A stretch of DNA of 32,000 bases from Haloferax volcanii DS2 (GTDB taxonomy: Archaea > Halobacteriota > Halobacteria > Halobacteriales > Haloferacaceae), in assembly GCF_000025685.1 (NCBI RefSeq), contig NC_013967.1, positions 1,530,001 through 1,562,000 on the forward strand, read 5' to 3'. A program made the position numbers and the translations under genes. Under the pieces are notes generated by a model. The model saw only the letters and a program-made list of their open reading frames with translations, was not told the DNA's origin and made no database searches. Shown in pieces: positions 1-7,061 of this stretch. Within the stretch, counting starts at the first letter, position 1, and each line of letters opens with the position of its first letter.

Positions 1-63
1 GAACGTCCGGCGTTCGACGCCGTCGGGGAGAGCGGCGTCGGCGGCGGAGCCGTCGTCGCTCAT
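1..63 (-). CDS. flpA: Fibrillarin (rRNA/tRNA 2'-O-methyltransferase), N-terminal fragment running off the window
   Basis: The reverse-strand ATG at 63..61 overlaps the nop5 stop (ATGA). The visible peptide is MSDDGSAADAALPDGVERRTF. Identity is inferred from the conserved archaeal nop5-flpA operon order, since only 21 codons are visible. Confidence 0.55.
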   Translation of the reverse strand, partial: MSDDGSAADAALPDGVERRTF

Positions 64-902
64 TCGTCGCCCCCCTCGTCGGCGCGGGCGCGAATCGTCT
101 CCATCCGGTCGGCGAGTTCGGCGTGCAGGTCCGGCCGGTAGTCGCCCGAGTAGTGGTCGACGCGGGCGGCGATAGCGAGTTTCCCGGCGAGCGCGCGGGC
201 GGCGGACCCGCGGTCTTCCGGGCGCGTCCCGCGGACGTACTCGTGGGTGAAGATAACGCCGTGTTTGGGCGACGTGGCGCGGCCCTTCAGGTGGGCGAAC
301 AGGGCGTCTTCGGCTCCGAGCACTTGGACCGTCCCGCTCGGTTTCTTGGCGAGGGGTTCGAGGCCGCCCGCCAGCGCGATGAGCCGCGCCGCGAGGACCG
401 GCCCGGCCATCTCGGCGAGGTTCGGCGCGGTCGTGGGCGCGCGCTCCTCGATGAACGCTCGGAGGTCGTCGCGCTCGTCGAGCAGGTCCACCGCGCGGGT
501 GGCGTAGGAGACGACGCGCTCTTCGGCGGCGGTCTTCGGCTCGCGGACGGCGATATCGCGGACGCCGTTGAGGCCGCGCGGAACCTCCTCGTAGAGCGTG
601 CCGGCCCACTCGACGACCCGCTCGGCGAGTTCGTTCGCGGTCCGTTCGGCGTCGTCCATCGCGCGCACGGCGTGGGCGAGCTGCACGTCGTCGGCGCGCT
701 CGCGCTCCGCGACGGCCTCGCTGGCGGCGGCGAGCGTCGCCGAGCGGAGTTTGGCGTAGTAATCACTTTCGTCGGCGGCGAACCCGGCGTCGACGGCCTC
801 GGCCGGCCAGTCGGTGGGGGCGGAGGCGCTGCCCGTTCGGACTCGCGTCGCCCCGGGTTCGGGGTCGTCGGGGTCCGCGCCGGCGAACCATGCGTCTGTC
901 AT
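60..902 (-). CDS. nop5: Nop5 (Nop56/58) C/D box sRNP core protein
   Basis: The C-terminal NOSIC/Nop domain is recognisable (APNLAEMAGPVLAARLIALAGGLEPLAKKPSGTVQVLGAEDALF...KHGVIFTHEYV). I chose the ATG at 902 (MTDAWFAG) rather than the track GTG at 938, because a reverse-strand TTTTAC box at 927-932 lies 25 nt upstream. Confidence 0.9.
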   Translation of the reverse strand: MTDAWFAGADPDDPEPGATRVRTGSASAPTDWPAEAVDAGFAADESDYYAKLRSATLAAASEAVAERERADDVQLAHAVRAMDDAERTANELAERVVEWAGTLYEEVPRGLNGVRDIAVREPKTAAEERVVSYATRAVDLLDERDDLRAFIEERAPTTAPNLAEMAGPVLAARLIALAGGLEPLAKKPSGTVQVLGAEDALFAHLKGRATSPKHGVIFTHEYVRGTRPEDRGSAARALAGKLAIAARVDHYSGDYRPDLHAELADRMETIRARADEGGDE

Positions 903-926
903 ACTGGCGGATTGCGCCCCGTTCGG

Positions 927-932
927 GTAAAA
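927..932 (-). promoter_or_regulatory. TATA box for leaderless nop5-flpA
   Basis: The reverse strand reads CTTTTACCC. It sits about 25 nt upstream of the ATG at 902. Confidence 0.5.
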
Positions 933-981
933 GGGCACGGACCCGCGAGCGCGGGCCGCCGTCCGGTCGTTCTGTGGTAAG

Positions 982-987
982 TTTTAA
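982..987 (+). promoter_or_regulatory. TATA box for the zinc-ribbon micro-ORF
   Basis: AGTTTTAAC ends 26 nt upstream of the ATG at 1014, which is typical haloarchaeal leaderless spacing. Confidence 0.5.
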
Positions 988-1013
988 CAAACCATATCTC
1001 GTACGAATGCTCG

Positions 1014-1148
1014 ATGGAACGCGCTTCGTACGTCTGTCGTGAGTGTCAAACGACCGTGAGCGCCGCGTCGTACCGTTCGACCTGCCCCGAGTGCAGCGGC
1101 GAACTGCGGCCCACGTCGATGACGAGTCGCCGGCGCGCCGGAGATTGA
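1014..1148 (+). CDS. Zinc-ribbon microprotein, 44 aa (CxxC-X12-CxxC)
   Basis: This ORF is below the track size cut-off. My translation is MERASYVCRECQTTVSAASYRSTCPECSGELRPTSMTSRRRAGD. It has two CxxC knuckles, and its ATG sits at leaderless distance from the TATA at 982-987. Confidence 0.6.
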   Translation: MERASYVCRECQTTVSAASYRSTCPECSGELRPTSMTSRRRAGD

Positions 1149-1567
1149 ACGGCGCGCGCGGGTCGTCCGACCCGACCGCCGTCCGCTCGCTCGCAGTCAC
1201 GACCGACGACCTCGTGACCGCCTTGGAGGCGAACCGCAGAGGCGACGACCCCGTCGTCCTCCGCGTCACGCCGCCGTTCTACGGGCGGATGCGGGCGCGC
1301 ATTCACCGCACCGGCGGCGAAGCCTCGGACTACGCCGACCCCGAGCCGATACACCTCCAGCCGCGGGTCTTCGTCGCTGACGACGCCCCCGCGTTCCCCG
1401 GACCCGACGAGACGCGACCAGACCCGTACGAGGTCGAAGCGCACCACGAGCGCCACACGGAGGCGGTTCGAGCGTGGCGCTCGGCGGTCCGCGACCACCT
1501 CCGTGAGACGGTCGCGCTCCCGACAGACAACGGCCCGCACGAGGTCGAGGTCAAATACCTCGGCTGA
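1145..1567 (+). CDS. Conserved hypothetical protein, start uncertain
   Basis: GC3 is high from about 1146 onward, and the acidic C-terminal part (TTDDLVTALEANRRGDDPVVLRVTPPFYG...HEVEVKYLG) looks like a real halophilic protein. The Arg-rich 5' part of track ORF 1043..1567 overlaps the zinc-ribbon frame and looks non-coding. The TTG at 1145 overlaps the upstream TGA (TTGA). Alternative starts are GTG 1043 and GTG 1214. Confidence 0.5.
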   Translation: MNGARGSSDPTAVRSLAVTTDDLVTALEANRRGDDPVVLRVTPPFYGRMRARIHRTGGEASDYADPEPIHLQPRVFVADDAPAFPGPDETRPDPYEVEAHHERHTEAVRAWRSAVRDHLRETVALPTDNGPHEVEVKYLG

Positions 1568-1605
1568 GCGAACCACTTTTTCCCCGCGGGGGACACCGTA
1601 GCGAC

Positions 1606-1977
1606 ATGAGCACCGACGAGTACCGCCGCGGGACGGCGGTCGAGCGCGAGCGACAGCGGAAACAGCGCCCGGCGCGCGGCCGCTACCGCGGGGTGCTGCC
1701 GGTCATCTACGCCATCGGCTTCGTCATGTTCACCGTCGTCTCGCTGTACATCGGGCCGGAACCGGCGTTCGCGGTCTACCTCGTCACCCACGTCTTCTAC
1801 GCGGGGCTGATTCGCGCCGATATCAGGTCGCTCCGCGGACAGGGCATCGACTGGGGCGCGTCCCGACATCTCTGGTTCGGCGCGGCGTTCGCGCTCCCGT
1901 TCGTCGCGCCCGCCTACTACGTCCACAGCGGCCGCGTGATTCGCCGCGAGAACGAGTCGCGGGACCTCGACGGCTGA
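1606..1977 (+). CDS. Small integral membrane protein (about 3 TM), unknown function
   Basis: The 123-aa ORF has hydrophobic segments (VLPVIYAIGFVMFTVVSLYI, AFAVYLVTHVFYAGLI, LWFGAAFALPFVAPAYY) and high GC3. A T-rich box at 1577-1581 lies 25 nt upstream of the ATG. Confidence 0.6.
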   Translation: MSTDEYRRGTAVERERQRKQRPARGRYRGVLPVIYAIGFVMFTVVSLYIGPEPAFAVYLVTHVFYAGLIRADIRSLRGQGIDWGASRHLWFGAAFALPFVAPAYYVHSGRVIRRENESRDLDG

Positions 1978-2080
1978 GGCGAAACCCGCAGCGTTCGACG
2001 CGGGCCGCACCGCGCACCGCGCCGAAGACCGACCCGTCCGGCCACCGAACTTATGCCGGGTGCGGGGAAATGGCGGGGCA

Positions 2081-2731
2081 ATGAGTTCCAGACGCGTAGT
2101 CGCGGTGCTCGCGCTCGCCGCACTCGTGCTCACGAGCGGTTGTATCGGCTTTCTGACCGGCGAGGAGACGCTGACGTTCGAATCCGAGCCGGCCACGGCG
2201 GACGCGACCGTCGCCGGGAACGCCGGCTACGAGACGAACGGGACCGAGACGTTCGCGGTGAACCGCACGCTCTCGTTCGGCGGACAGGAGCGTCAAATCG
2301 CCGCCAGCAACCACATCACGACGTACGAGAAGACGCTTGACCTCGGCTTCTTCGGTGAGGCCAAACTCGGTTCGTTCAGCGTCATCTCGACGCCCGCGGT
2401 CGAGGTCGCCGGCCAGCCGCGGAGCCCCATCGGCGACTACTCGAACGACGACCTCATCCGCCTCGTCGACAACCGGTATCAGGGCCTCAGCGACGTCGAC
2501 CAAGTCAGTTCGCGGAACGTCCAGATGCTCGGACAGACGGCCAACGTCACGAAGTACAGCGCCACCGCGCGGTTCGGCGGGGACGAAGTCGACGTGTACG
2601 TCCACGTGACGAAGGTCCAGCACAACGAGGACTTCGTCGTCGCAATCGGGCTGTACCCCCAACAGCTCGACGGCGAGGAGGAGAACGTCTTGGAACTGAT
2701 TCGCTCGGTCGAACACCCGTCCGAAGCGTAG
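2081..2731 (+). CDS. Secreted lipoprotein (Tat signal plus lipobox), DUF6517-like, unknown function
   Basis: MSSRRVVAVLALAALVLTSGC carries a twin-arginine-like SRR, a hydrophobic core and the lipobox LTSGC. I chose the ATG at 2081 because the box CTTATGC at 2050-2056 lies 25-30 nt upstream. The family name comes from recollection only. Confidence 0.7.
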   Translation: MSSRRVVAVLALAALVLTSGCIGFLTGEETLTFESEPATADATVAGNAGYETNGTETFAVNRTLSFGGQERQIAASNHITTYEKTLDLGFFGEAKLGSFSVISTPAVEVAGQPRSPIGDYSNDDLIRLVDNRYQGLSDVDQVSSRNVQMLGQTANVTKYSATARFGGDEVDVYVHVTKVQHNEDFVVAIGLYPQQLDGEEENVLELIRSVEHPSEA

Positions 2732-2791
2732 GTCGCTCTGGCGAGTCGCCTCGGGGGAGCCTTTTTCTCGTCGCCGCGGGTCGGTGGTTCC

Positions 2792-2947
2792 ATGACTCGC
2801 GTACGGACCGCAGGTATCGCGGTGACGGCGCTCGGCGTCGTCGGCTACGGCGTCGGGACCCTCGCCGCCTATCCGGGGCGGGCGTTCTCGGTGACGGCCG
2901 TCATGGTCGGCATCACGCTCTGGGCCATCGGGGGTGACGTGCGGTGA
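2792..2947 (+). CDS. Two-TM microprotein, 51 aa, translationally coupled to corA
   Basis: This ORF is not in the track. My translation is MTRVRTAGIAVTALGVVGYGVGTLAAYPGRAFSVTAVMVGITLWAIGGDVR. GC3 is very high, and a T5 box at 2762-2766 lies 25 nt upstream. Its stop overlaps the corA GTG (GTGA at 2944-2947). Confidence 0.6.
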   Translation: MTRVRTAGIAVTALGVVGYGVGTLAAYPGRAFSVTAVMVGITLWAIGGDVR

Positions 2948-3927
2948 TTTCGGCGCTCGTCTACCGCGACGACGGCGCGTCGGCCTACGAGGAGACCGCG
3001 CTGGACGCGGCGCGCGACGCCGACGGGACGACGTGGGTTCGCGCGACGACCGGTGAGGAGTTCGACCGCGTCGCCGAGGCGTTCGGCATCCACTCGCTTT
3101 CGGTCGAGGACGTGCGGAACGACGCCCGACCGAAGACCGAGGAGTACGACGAGTACACGTTCGTCCTCGTCCGAATGGCGACGCTCCGCGCCGGCGAGCA
3201 GGTGTTCGAAGAGGAGGTCCAGACCAGACCCGTGGGGCTCTGCTTCGGTGACGACTGGCTCGTGACGCTGACGCGCCGGGAGTTGGAACCGATAAACTAC
3301 GTCTGGAACGCCATCGAGCGCGAAGAGCCGCGGATGCTCCGGTTCGGGCCGGACTACGTGGGCTATCGCGTCATCGACCGCATCGTCGACGAGTACTTCG
3401 GGCTGTTGGACGAGGTCGGCGGGGAAATCGAGCTCATCGAGGACAGCATCTTCGAGGGGCCCGACCCGGAGGTGCTCGAAGGGCTGAACGCGGTCCGGCG
3501 CGACCTGCTGTCGTTCCGAAAGACGGTGTGGCCGACGCGCGAGGCCGTCGGGGTGCTCGCCCGCGGCGACCCCGACTACGTCCGCGAGGCGACGGAGAAG
3601 TACTACCGCGACGTGTACGACCACCTCGTCGAGTTGGTCGACCTGACGGAGACGTACCGCGACCTCGCGCGCGGCGCGCGAGATATCTACCTTAACACCC
3701 TCTCGCAGTCGACGAACGAGGTGATGAAGACACTCACCGTCGTCGCGACCATCATCCTCCCGCTCACGCTCGTCGTCGGCATCTACGGCATGAACTTCGA
3801 CCCCGGCGCGTCGGCGTTCAACATGCCCGAACTCGGCTGGGCCTACGGCTACCCGGCGACGATGCTCGGGATGGCGCTCGTCTCCGGGGTCCTCCTCGTC
3901 TACTTCCGCCGGGAACACTGGCTCTGA
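2944..3927 (+). CDS. corA: CorA family Mg2+/Co2+ transporter
   Basis: The 327-aa ORF has the YGMNF (GMN) signature before the last TM helix, two C-terminal TM helices, and a typical CorA N-terminus (TWVRATTGEEF...HSLSVEDV). Confidence 0.92.
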   Translation: MISALVYRDDGASAYEETALDAARDADGTTWVRATTGEEFDRVAEAFGIHSLSVEDVRNDARPKTEEYDEYTFVLVRMATLRAGEQVFEEEVQTRPVGLCFGDDWLVTLTRRELEPINYVWNAIEREEPRMLRFGPDYVGYRVIDRIVDEYFGLLDEVGGEIELIEDSIFEGPDPEVLEGLNAVRRDLLSFRKTVWPTREAVGVLARGDPDYVREATEKYYRDVYDHLVELVDLTETYRDLARGARDIYLNTLSQSTNEVMKTLTVVATIILPLTLVVGIYGMNFDPGASAFNMPELGWAYGYPATMLGMALVSGVLLVYFRREHWL

Positions 3928-4030
3928 GCGACGAAAGAGCTATACTATCCCATTAATCGCGCGGAACCCCGATTCCCGTCGGCGAGGTGACGACAAAGCG
4001 CCCACATCGTGCGATTCACCCACACAGGGG

Positions 4031-4047
4031 CGGCAAAAACTTTATAA
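4031..4047 (+). promoter_or_regulatory. BRE/TATA element upstream of tfb
   Basis: CGGCAAAAAC-TTTATAA is a near-consensus archaeal BRE plus TATA. It lies about 100 nt upstream of the tfb ATG, which implies a leader of roughly 75-80 nt. Confidence 0.55.
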
Positions 4048-4148
4048 CTCTTTCGAACTTACTGTTGGTAAGGCCAGTCCAAGCCGGATTATTCTTTCGT
4101 CTTCTGAGGTCTTCCCGGCCGAGACGTATCCGCGCCTTCCACCCCACC

Positions 4149-5147
4149 ATGAGCGACACGATAACCACCCGAACGTACAGTGCCGACGCAAAGAGCAGGG
4201 ACGTCCGTCCCCGCGAGTCAGAGCGAGACGAAACGCAGCAGGACGAAACACAGGTCTGCCCCGAGTGCAGCGGCCACCTCGTCACCGACGAGGAACACGG
4301 CGAGACCATCTGCGAAGACTGCGGCCTCGTCGTCGAGGACACCGTGGTCGACCGCGGCCCCGAGTGGCGCGCGTTCGACTCCGCCGAGCGCGACAGCAAG
4401 TCCCGCGTCGGCGCGCCTACGACGAAGATGATGCACGACAAGGGGCTGTCGACCAACATCGGCTGGCAGAACAAAGACGCCTACGGCAAGTCCCTCTCGC
4501 CGCGGCAGCGCGAGCAGATGCAGCGGCTCCGCACGTGGAACGAGCGGTTCCGCACCCGCGACTCCAAGGAGCGCAACCTCAAGCAGGCGCTCGGCGAAAT
4601 CGACCGCATGGCCTCGGCGCTCGGCCTCCCCGAGAACGTCCGCGAGACCGCCTCGGTCATCTACCGCCGCGCGCTCAACGACGACCTGCTCCCGGGCCGT
4701 TCCATCGAGGGCGTCGCCACCTCGGCGCTGTACGCGTCGGCCCGGATGGCCGGAACTCCCCGGTCGCTCGACGAGCTGGAGAAGGTCTCGCGCGTCGATA
4801 AGATGGAGCTCACCCGGACGTACCGCTACATCGTCCGCGAGCTGAAGCTCGAAATCAAGCCCGCCGACCCCGAGCAGTACGTCCCGCGGTTCGCCAGCGA
4901 ACTCGGTCTCTCCGACGAGGCCGAGCGACAGGCCCGCCAGCTCCTCCGCGACGCGAAGGAGACCGGCATCCACTCGGGCAAGTCGCCGGTCGGCCTCGCC
5001 GCCGCCGCCGTCTACGCCGCCGCCCTCCTCACCAACGAGAAGGTAACCCAAAGCGAGGTCTCGACGGTCGCGGACATCTCCGAGGTCACCATCCGCAACC
5101 GGTACAAGGAGCTGCTCGAAGTCCAAGACGGCACCCTGCTCGCGTAA
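4149..5147 (+). CDS. tfb: Transcription initiation factor TFB (TFIIB homologue)
   Basis: There is an N-terminal Zn ribbon (CPECSGHLVTDEEHGETICEDCG) and a B-finger/linker (GPEWRAF...SRVGAPTT). Two cyclin repeats follow. The ATG at 4149 (MSDTITT) is used because the track extension from 3987 would run through the promoter itself. Confidence 0.95.
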   Translation: MSDTITTRTYSADAKSRDVRPRESERDETQQDETQVCPECSGHLVTDEEHGETICEDCGLVVEDTVVDRGPEWRAFDSAERDSKSRVGAPTTKMMHDKGLSTNIGWQNKDAYGKSLSPRQREQMQRLRTWNERFRTRDSKERNLKQALGEIDRMASALGLPENVRETASVIYRRALNDDLLPGRSIEGVATSALYASARMAGTPRSLDELEKVSRVDKMELTRTYRYIVRELKLEIKPADPEQYVPRFASELGLSDEAERQARQLLRDAKETGIHSGKSPVGLAAAAVYAAALLTNEKVTQSEVSTVADISEVTIRNRYKELLEVQDGTLLA

Positions 5148-5214
5148 GCCATCGGTGGGCGCGCGGCGCATCGTGAGCCGTGCTTTTTCTCGGCCGTGCT
5201 ATCACGCAACAACA

Positions 5215-5220
5215 TTTATC
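5215..5220 (+). promoter_or_regulatory. TATA box for the leaderless zinc-finger microprotein gene
   Basis: ACATTTATCC ends 26 nt upstream of the ATG at 5246. A T5 tract at 5184-5188 just upstream probably terminates tfb. Confidence 0.5.
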
Positions 5221-5245
5221 CGCGCTCCCGGAGCATATACCGGGT

Positions 5246-5425
5246 ATGGTTGAAGCGTTCGTCCGCCTGTTGTGCCCCGAGTGTGGAAAGGACTGGGAGA
5301 CGAATCCGACCGAACTCCCCGCTCACCGCGACAACTACTCGTGTCAGAGCTGTGGCGCGACGCGGCGCACGGCCGAGTTCATGCGGACGGAGCGCGACCT
5401 CCAGACGCTCAAGCAGTTCGAGTAG
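5246..5425 (+). CDS. Zinc-finger microprotein, 59 aa (CPECG-X19-CQSCG)
   Basis: MVEAFVRLLCPECGKDWETNPTELPAHRDNYSCQSCGATRRTAEFMRTERDLQTLKQFE. The internal ATG of track ORF 5180..5425 is chosen from the TATA spacing. Confidence 0.65.
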   Translation: MVEAFVRLLCPECGKDWETNPTELPAHRDNYSCQSCGATRRTAEFMRTERDLQTLKQFE

Positions 5426-5483
5426 CGAGAGAACAGAGCGCCCGTCTCTCGGACGGGGCTGTCCCCGCCGGACGTTCGTTTTT
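5426..5483. terminator. Bidirectional terminator region between convergent genes
   Basis: Hairpin one is CGAGAG(5426-5431)/CTCTCG(5446-5451). Hairpin two is CGGGG(5454-5458)-CTGT-CCCCG(5463-5467). A T5 run follows at 5479-5483 and overlaps the aIF2-beta stop codon. Confidence 0.5.
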
Positions 5484-5889
5484 ACAGATCGGGAATCGCT
5501 GAGAGCGCGCCGCACGCGTCGCACTTCAGCACGTCGGCACCCCGCTGGGAGGTGAGCTTCGTGTCGGGAGACCCGCACTCGCTGCACAGCACGAACGACT
5601 CGACGTACTCGTCGAGCGCGTCGGCGATGCGGCGCTGGCGGAACTCGCCGGTGAAGCGCGCGCGGCCGCGGTCGTCGATTTGGGCGCTCGTGCCCAACTC
5701 CGTCTGGAAGAACTTCAGGACGTGCGTCGCCTCGCGGGCGAGTCGGTCGTGGGTCGCCGCGAAGTTCTCGTAGACCGTGACGTTCCCCTCCTGGCGGACC
5801 GTCGGCTCCGGGACGCTGAAGCGGTCGTCGCCTTCCGCGACATCCGGGGACGCCGAGAGCGCGCGGTCCAGTTGGTCGTCGTAGTCCAT
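5482..5889 (-). CDS. eif2b: Translation initiation factor aIF2 beta subunit
   Basis: The 135-aa ORF has the typical MDYDDQLDRAL N-terminus, RQEGNVTVYENF, and a C-terminal zinc ribbon (CSECGSPDT...CDACG). Confidence 0.93.
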   Translation of the reverse strand: MDYDDQLDRALSASPDVAEGDDRFSVPEPTVRQEGNVTVYENFAATHDRLAREATHVLKFFQTELGTSAQIDDRGRARFTGEFRQRRIADALDEYVESFVLCSECGSPDTKLTSQRGADVLKCDACGALSAIPDL

Positions 5890-5972
5890 GCGCGGCAGTA
5901 CGCGCGCGGGGGCGTAAAATTCTCACGACCCCCCGACGCGCGCGACCGACGCTCGGCGCGCGGGCTACATAG

Positions 5973-5981
5973 CTATATAAA
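5973..5981. promoter_or_regulatory. Near-palindromic strong TATA element (CTATATAAA / TTTATATAG), target gene ambiguous
   Basis: It gives a consensus-quality TATA on both strands. It lies 84-92 nt upstream of the eif2b ATG on the minus side and about 180 nt upstream of the UPF0058 ATG on the plus side. Each gene also has its own proximal box (5914-5920 and 6125-6130). Confidence 0.4.
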
Positions 5982-6124
5982 CCACTCGTGATATTCGGCC
6001 GTCGTTCACTAGCGACGGGGCGAAACAACAAACCAATTGAAAACGGTCGAACACGAAATTTCCGCTGAGACCCCCATAATCGGCGGTTTAAGGGGGTCGG
6101 ATGCTAACGTGTCTCAAGATAATA

Positions 6125-6130
6125 CTATAT
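6125..6130 (+). promoter_or_regulatory. TATA box for the leaderless UPF0058 gene
   Basis: The hexamer CTATAT (6125-6130, within TACTATATCC) ends 27 nt upstream of the ATG at 6158. Confidence 0.5.
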
Positions 6131-6157
6131 CCCTCCGGTCTCAAGCCGTGGTTGCTC

Positions 6158-6394
6158 ATGAAGAAGCAGGAACTCATCCACCTGCACGGTCTGCTCGCAG
6201 AAGTCCACACCCAGATTGAGGCCTGGGAGGACGAGGAAATCAGTCTCGTCGAGTACAACGAACTCGGCGTACGACCGACATCCATCCACAAGTCCAAGAC
6301 GGACCACAAAGCAGCCGTGTTTAAACTGGCGAAAGGAATCACCGGAGCGATGCGCGAGGCCGAACCAGAGCCGCTCGCACCGCAAGCCGACTGA
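6158..6394 (+). CDS. UPF0058 family protein (small conserved archaeal protein)
   Basis: MKKQELIHLHGLLAEVHTQIEAWEDEEISLVEYNELGVRPTSIHKSKTDHKAAVFKLAKGI matches my recollection of UPF0058. The internal ATG is chosen from the TATA spacing. The local GC content is visibly lower than in neighbouring genes. Confidence 0.7.
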   Translation: MKKQELIHLHGLLAEVHTQIEAWEDEEISLVEYNELGVRPTSIHKSKTDHKAAVFKLAKGITGAMREAEPEPLAPQAD

Positions 6395-6559
6395 ACCGAG
6401 AAAAGAAACGCGTTCTCCTCTACGACCCTACACCCGAGAGCGACCGCGCCGTGCTCTCCCGCGCGACTGCCGTGCCGAGAGTGAGTGAGTTCCGCACGCG
6501 AGCAGAAACTGTGACCGGGGTTGCGGCGTCGCCGCAGCGACGACGATAGAACCGACGCC

Positions 6560-7000
6560 TCAGCGGCCGTCGACGAGGTCGTCGAAGTCGACGAGCGTTT
6601 CGTCGGGGTCAGATGCACCGGTTTCGGTTCGGGTGCCGCCCTCGCCATCGGTCTCGACCGACTCGTGGTCGACGCGGTCGACGGACAGCACTTTCAGCGG
6701 GATGTTTTCGAGGCGTTGGCCGATTTCCTTGCGCGCGATGCGCGAGGCGTGTTCCTCCTGTTCGACGTTGAAGACGGTCATCTCCAGTTCGAGGGCGACG
6801 AGCGCCTCGTCCGCGGCGATAAAGGCGGGGGGAAACTCCTCGCCGCCGGGCGAGGTGCGCGCGCCCATGCTAATCTCGACGTACTTCAGGTCGGGATTGA
6901 GCATCTCGCCGGTCTTCGAGATGGCGATACGAATCGCCTCGTCGACGGTCTCCACGTCGTACACCGGGACCGCGGCCTCGACGACGACTCTGCAGTCCAT
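6560..7000 (-). CDS. DUF555 (UPF0212) family protein
   Basis: The 146-aa ORF begins MDCRVVVEAAVPVYDVETVDEAIRIAISKTGEMLNPDLKYVEI, which is the characteristic DUF555 N-terminus. It has an acidic C-terminal tail. Confidence 0.8.
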   Translation of the reverse strand: MDCRVVVEAAVPVYDVETVDEAIRIAISKTGEMLNPDLKYVEISMGARTSPGGEEFPPAFIAADEALVALELEMTVFNVEQEEHASRIARKEIGQRLENIPLKVLSVDRVDHESVETDGEGGTRTETGASDPDETLVDFDDLVDGR

Positions 7001-7061
7001 GGGTACGAGGAGGTTGTGTGCCGAAGGCTATCAACCTTCTTGCCAGTCCGTCTCGTTGCGC

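Noticed and set aside
3987-4148. A 54-codon N-terminal extension of the tfb ORF.
   Set aside because: The extension contains the BRE/TATA element itself, is basic and hydrophobic rather than acidic, and TFB homologues begin near the zinc ribbon.
5988-6068. A possible C/D box sRNA (GTGATAT ... CTGA) next to the nop5/flpA neighbourhood.
   Set aside because: The C-box candidate lacks the terminal GA needed for the k-turn (GUGAUAU versus RUGAUGA). The spacing of about 80 nt is long, and no C'/D' boxes are evident.
6037-6219. A 60-aa TTG-initiated ORF spanning the spacer and the start of the UPF0058 gene.
   Set aside because: It has low GC3 and overlaps the UPF0058 promoter and coding start in another frame. 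It has no TATA at appropriate distance.
6395-6559. A 165-bp spacer between the convergent UPF0058 and DUF555 genes, with the palindrome TGCGGCG-T-CGCCGCA and a GTGAGTGA string.
   Set aside because: There is no promoter-like element, no ORF with a start codon and no convincing RNA motif. The palindrome has a 1-nt centre, so it cannot form a real hairpin loop. The spacer most likely consists of 3' UTRs and terminators.
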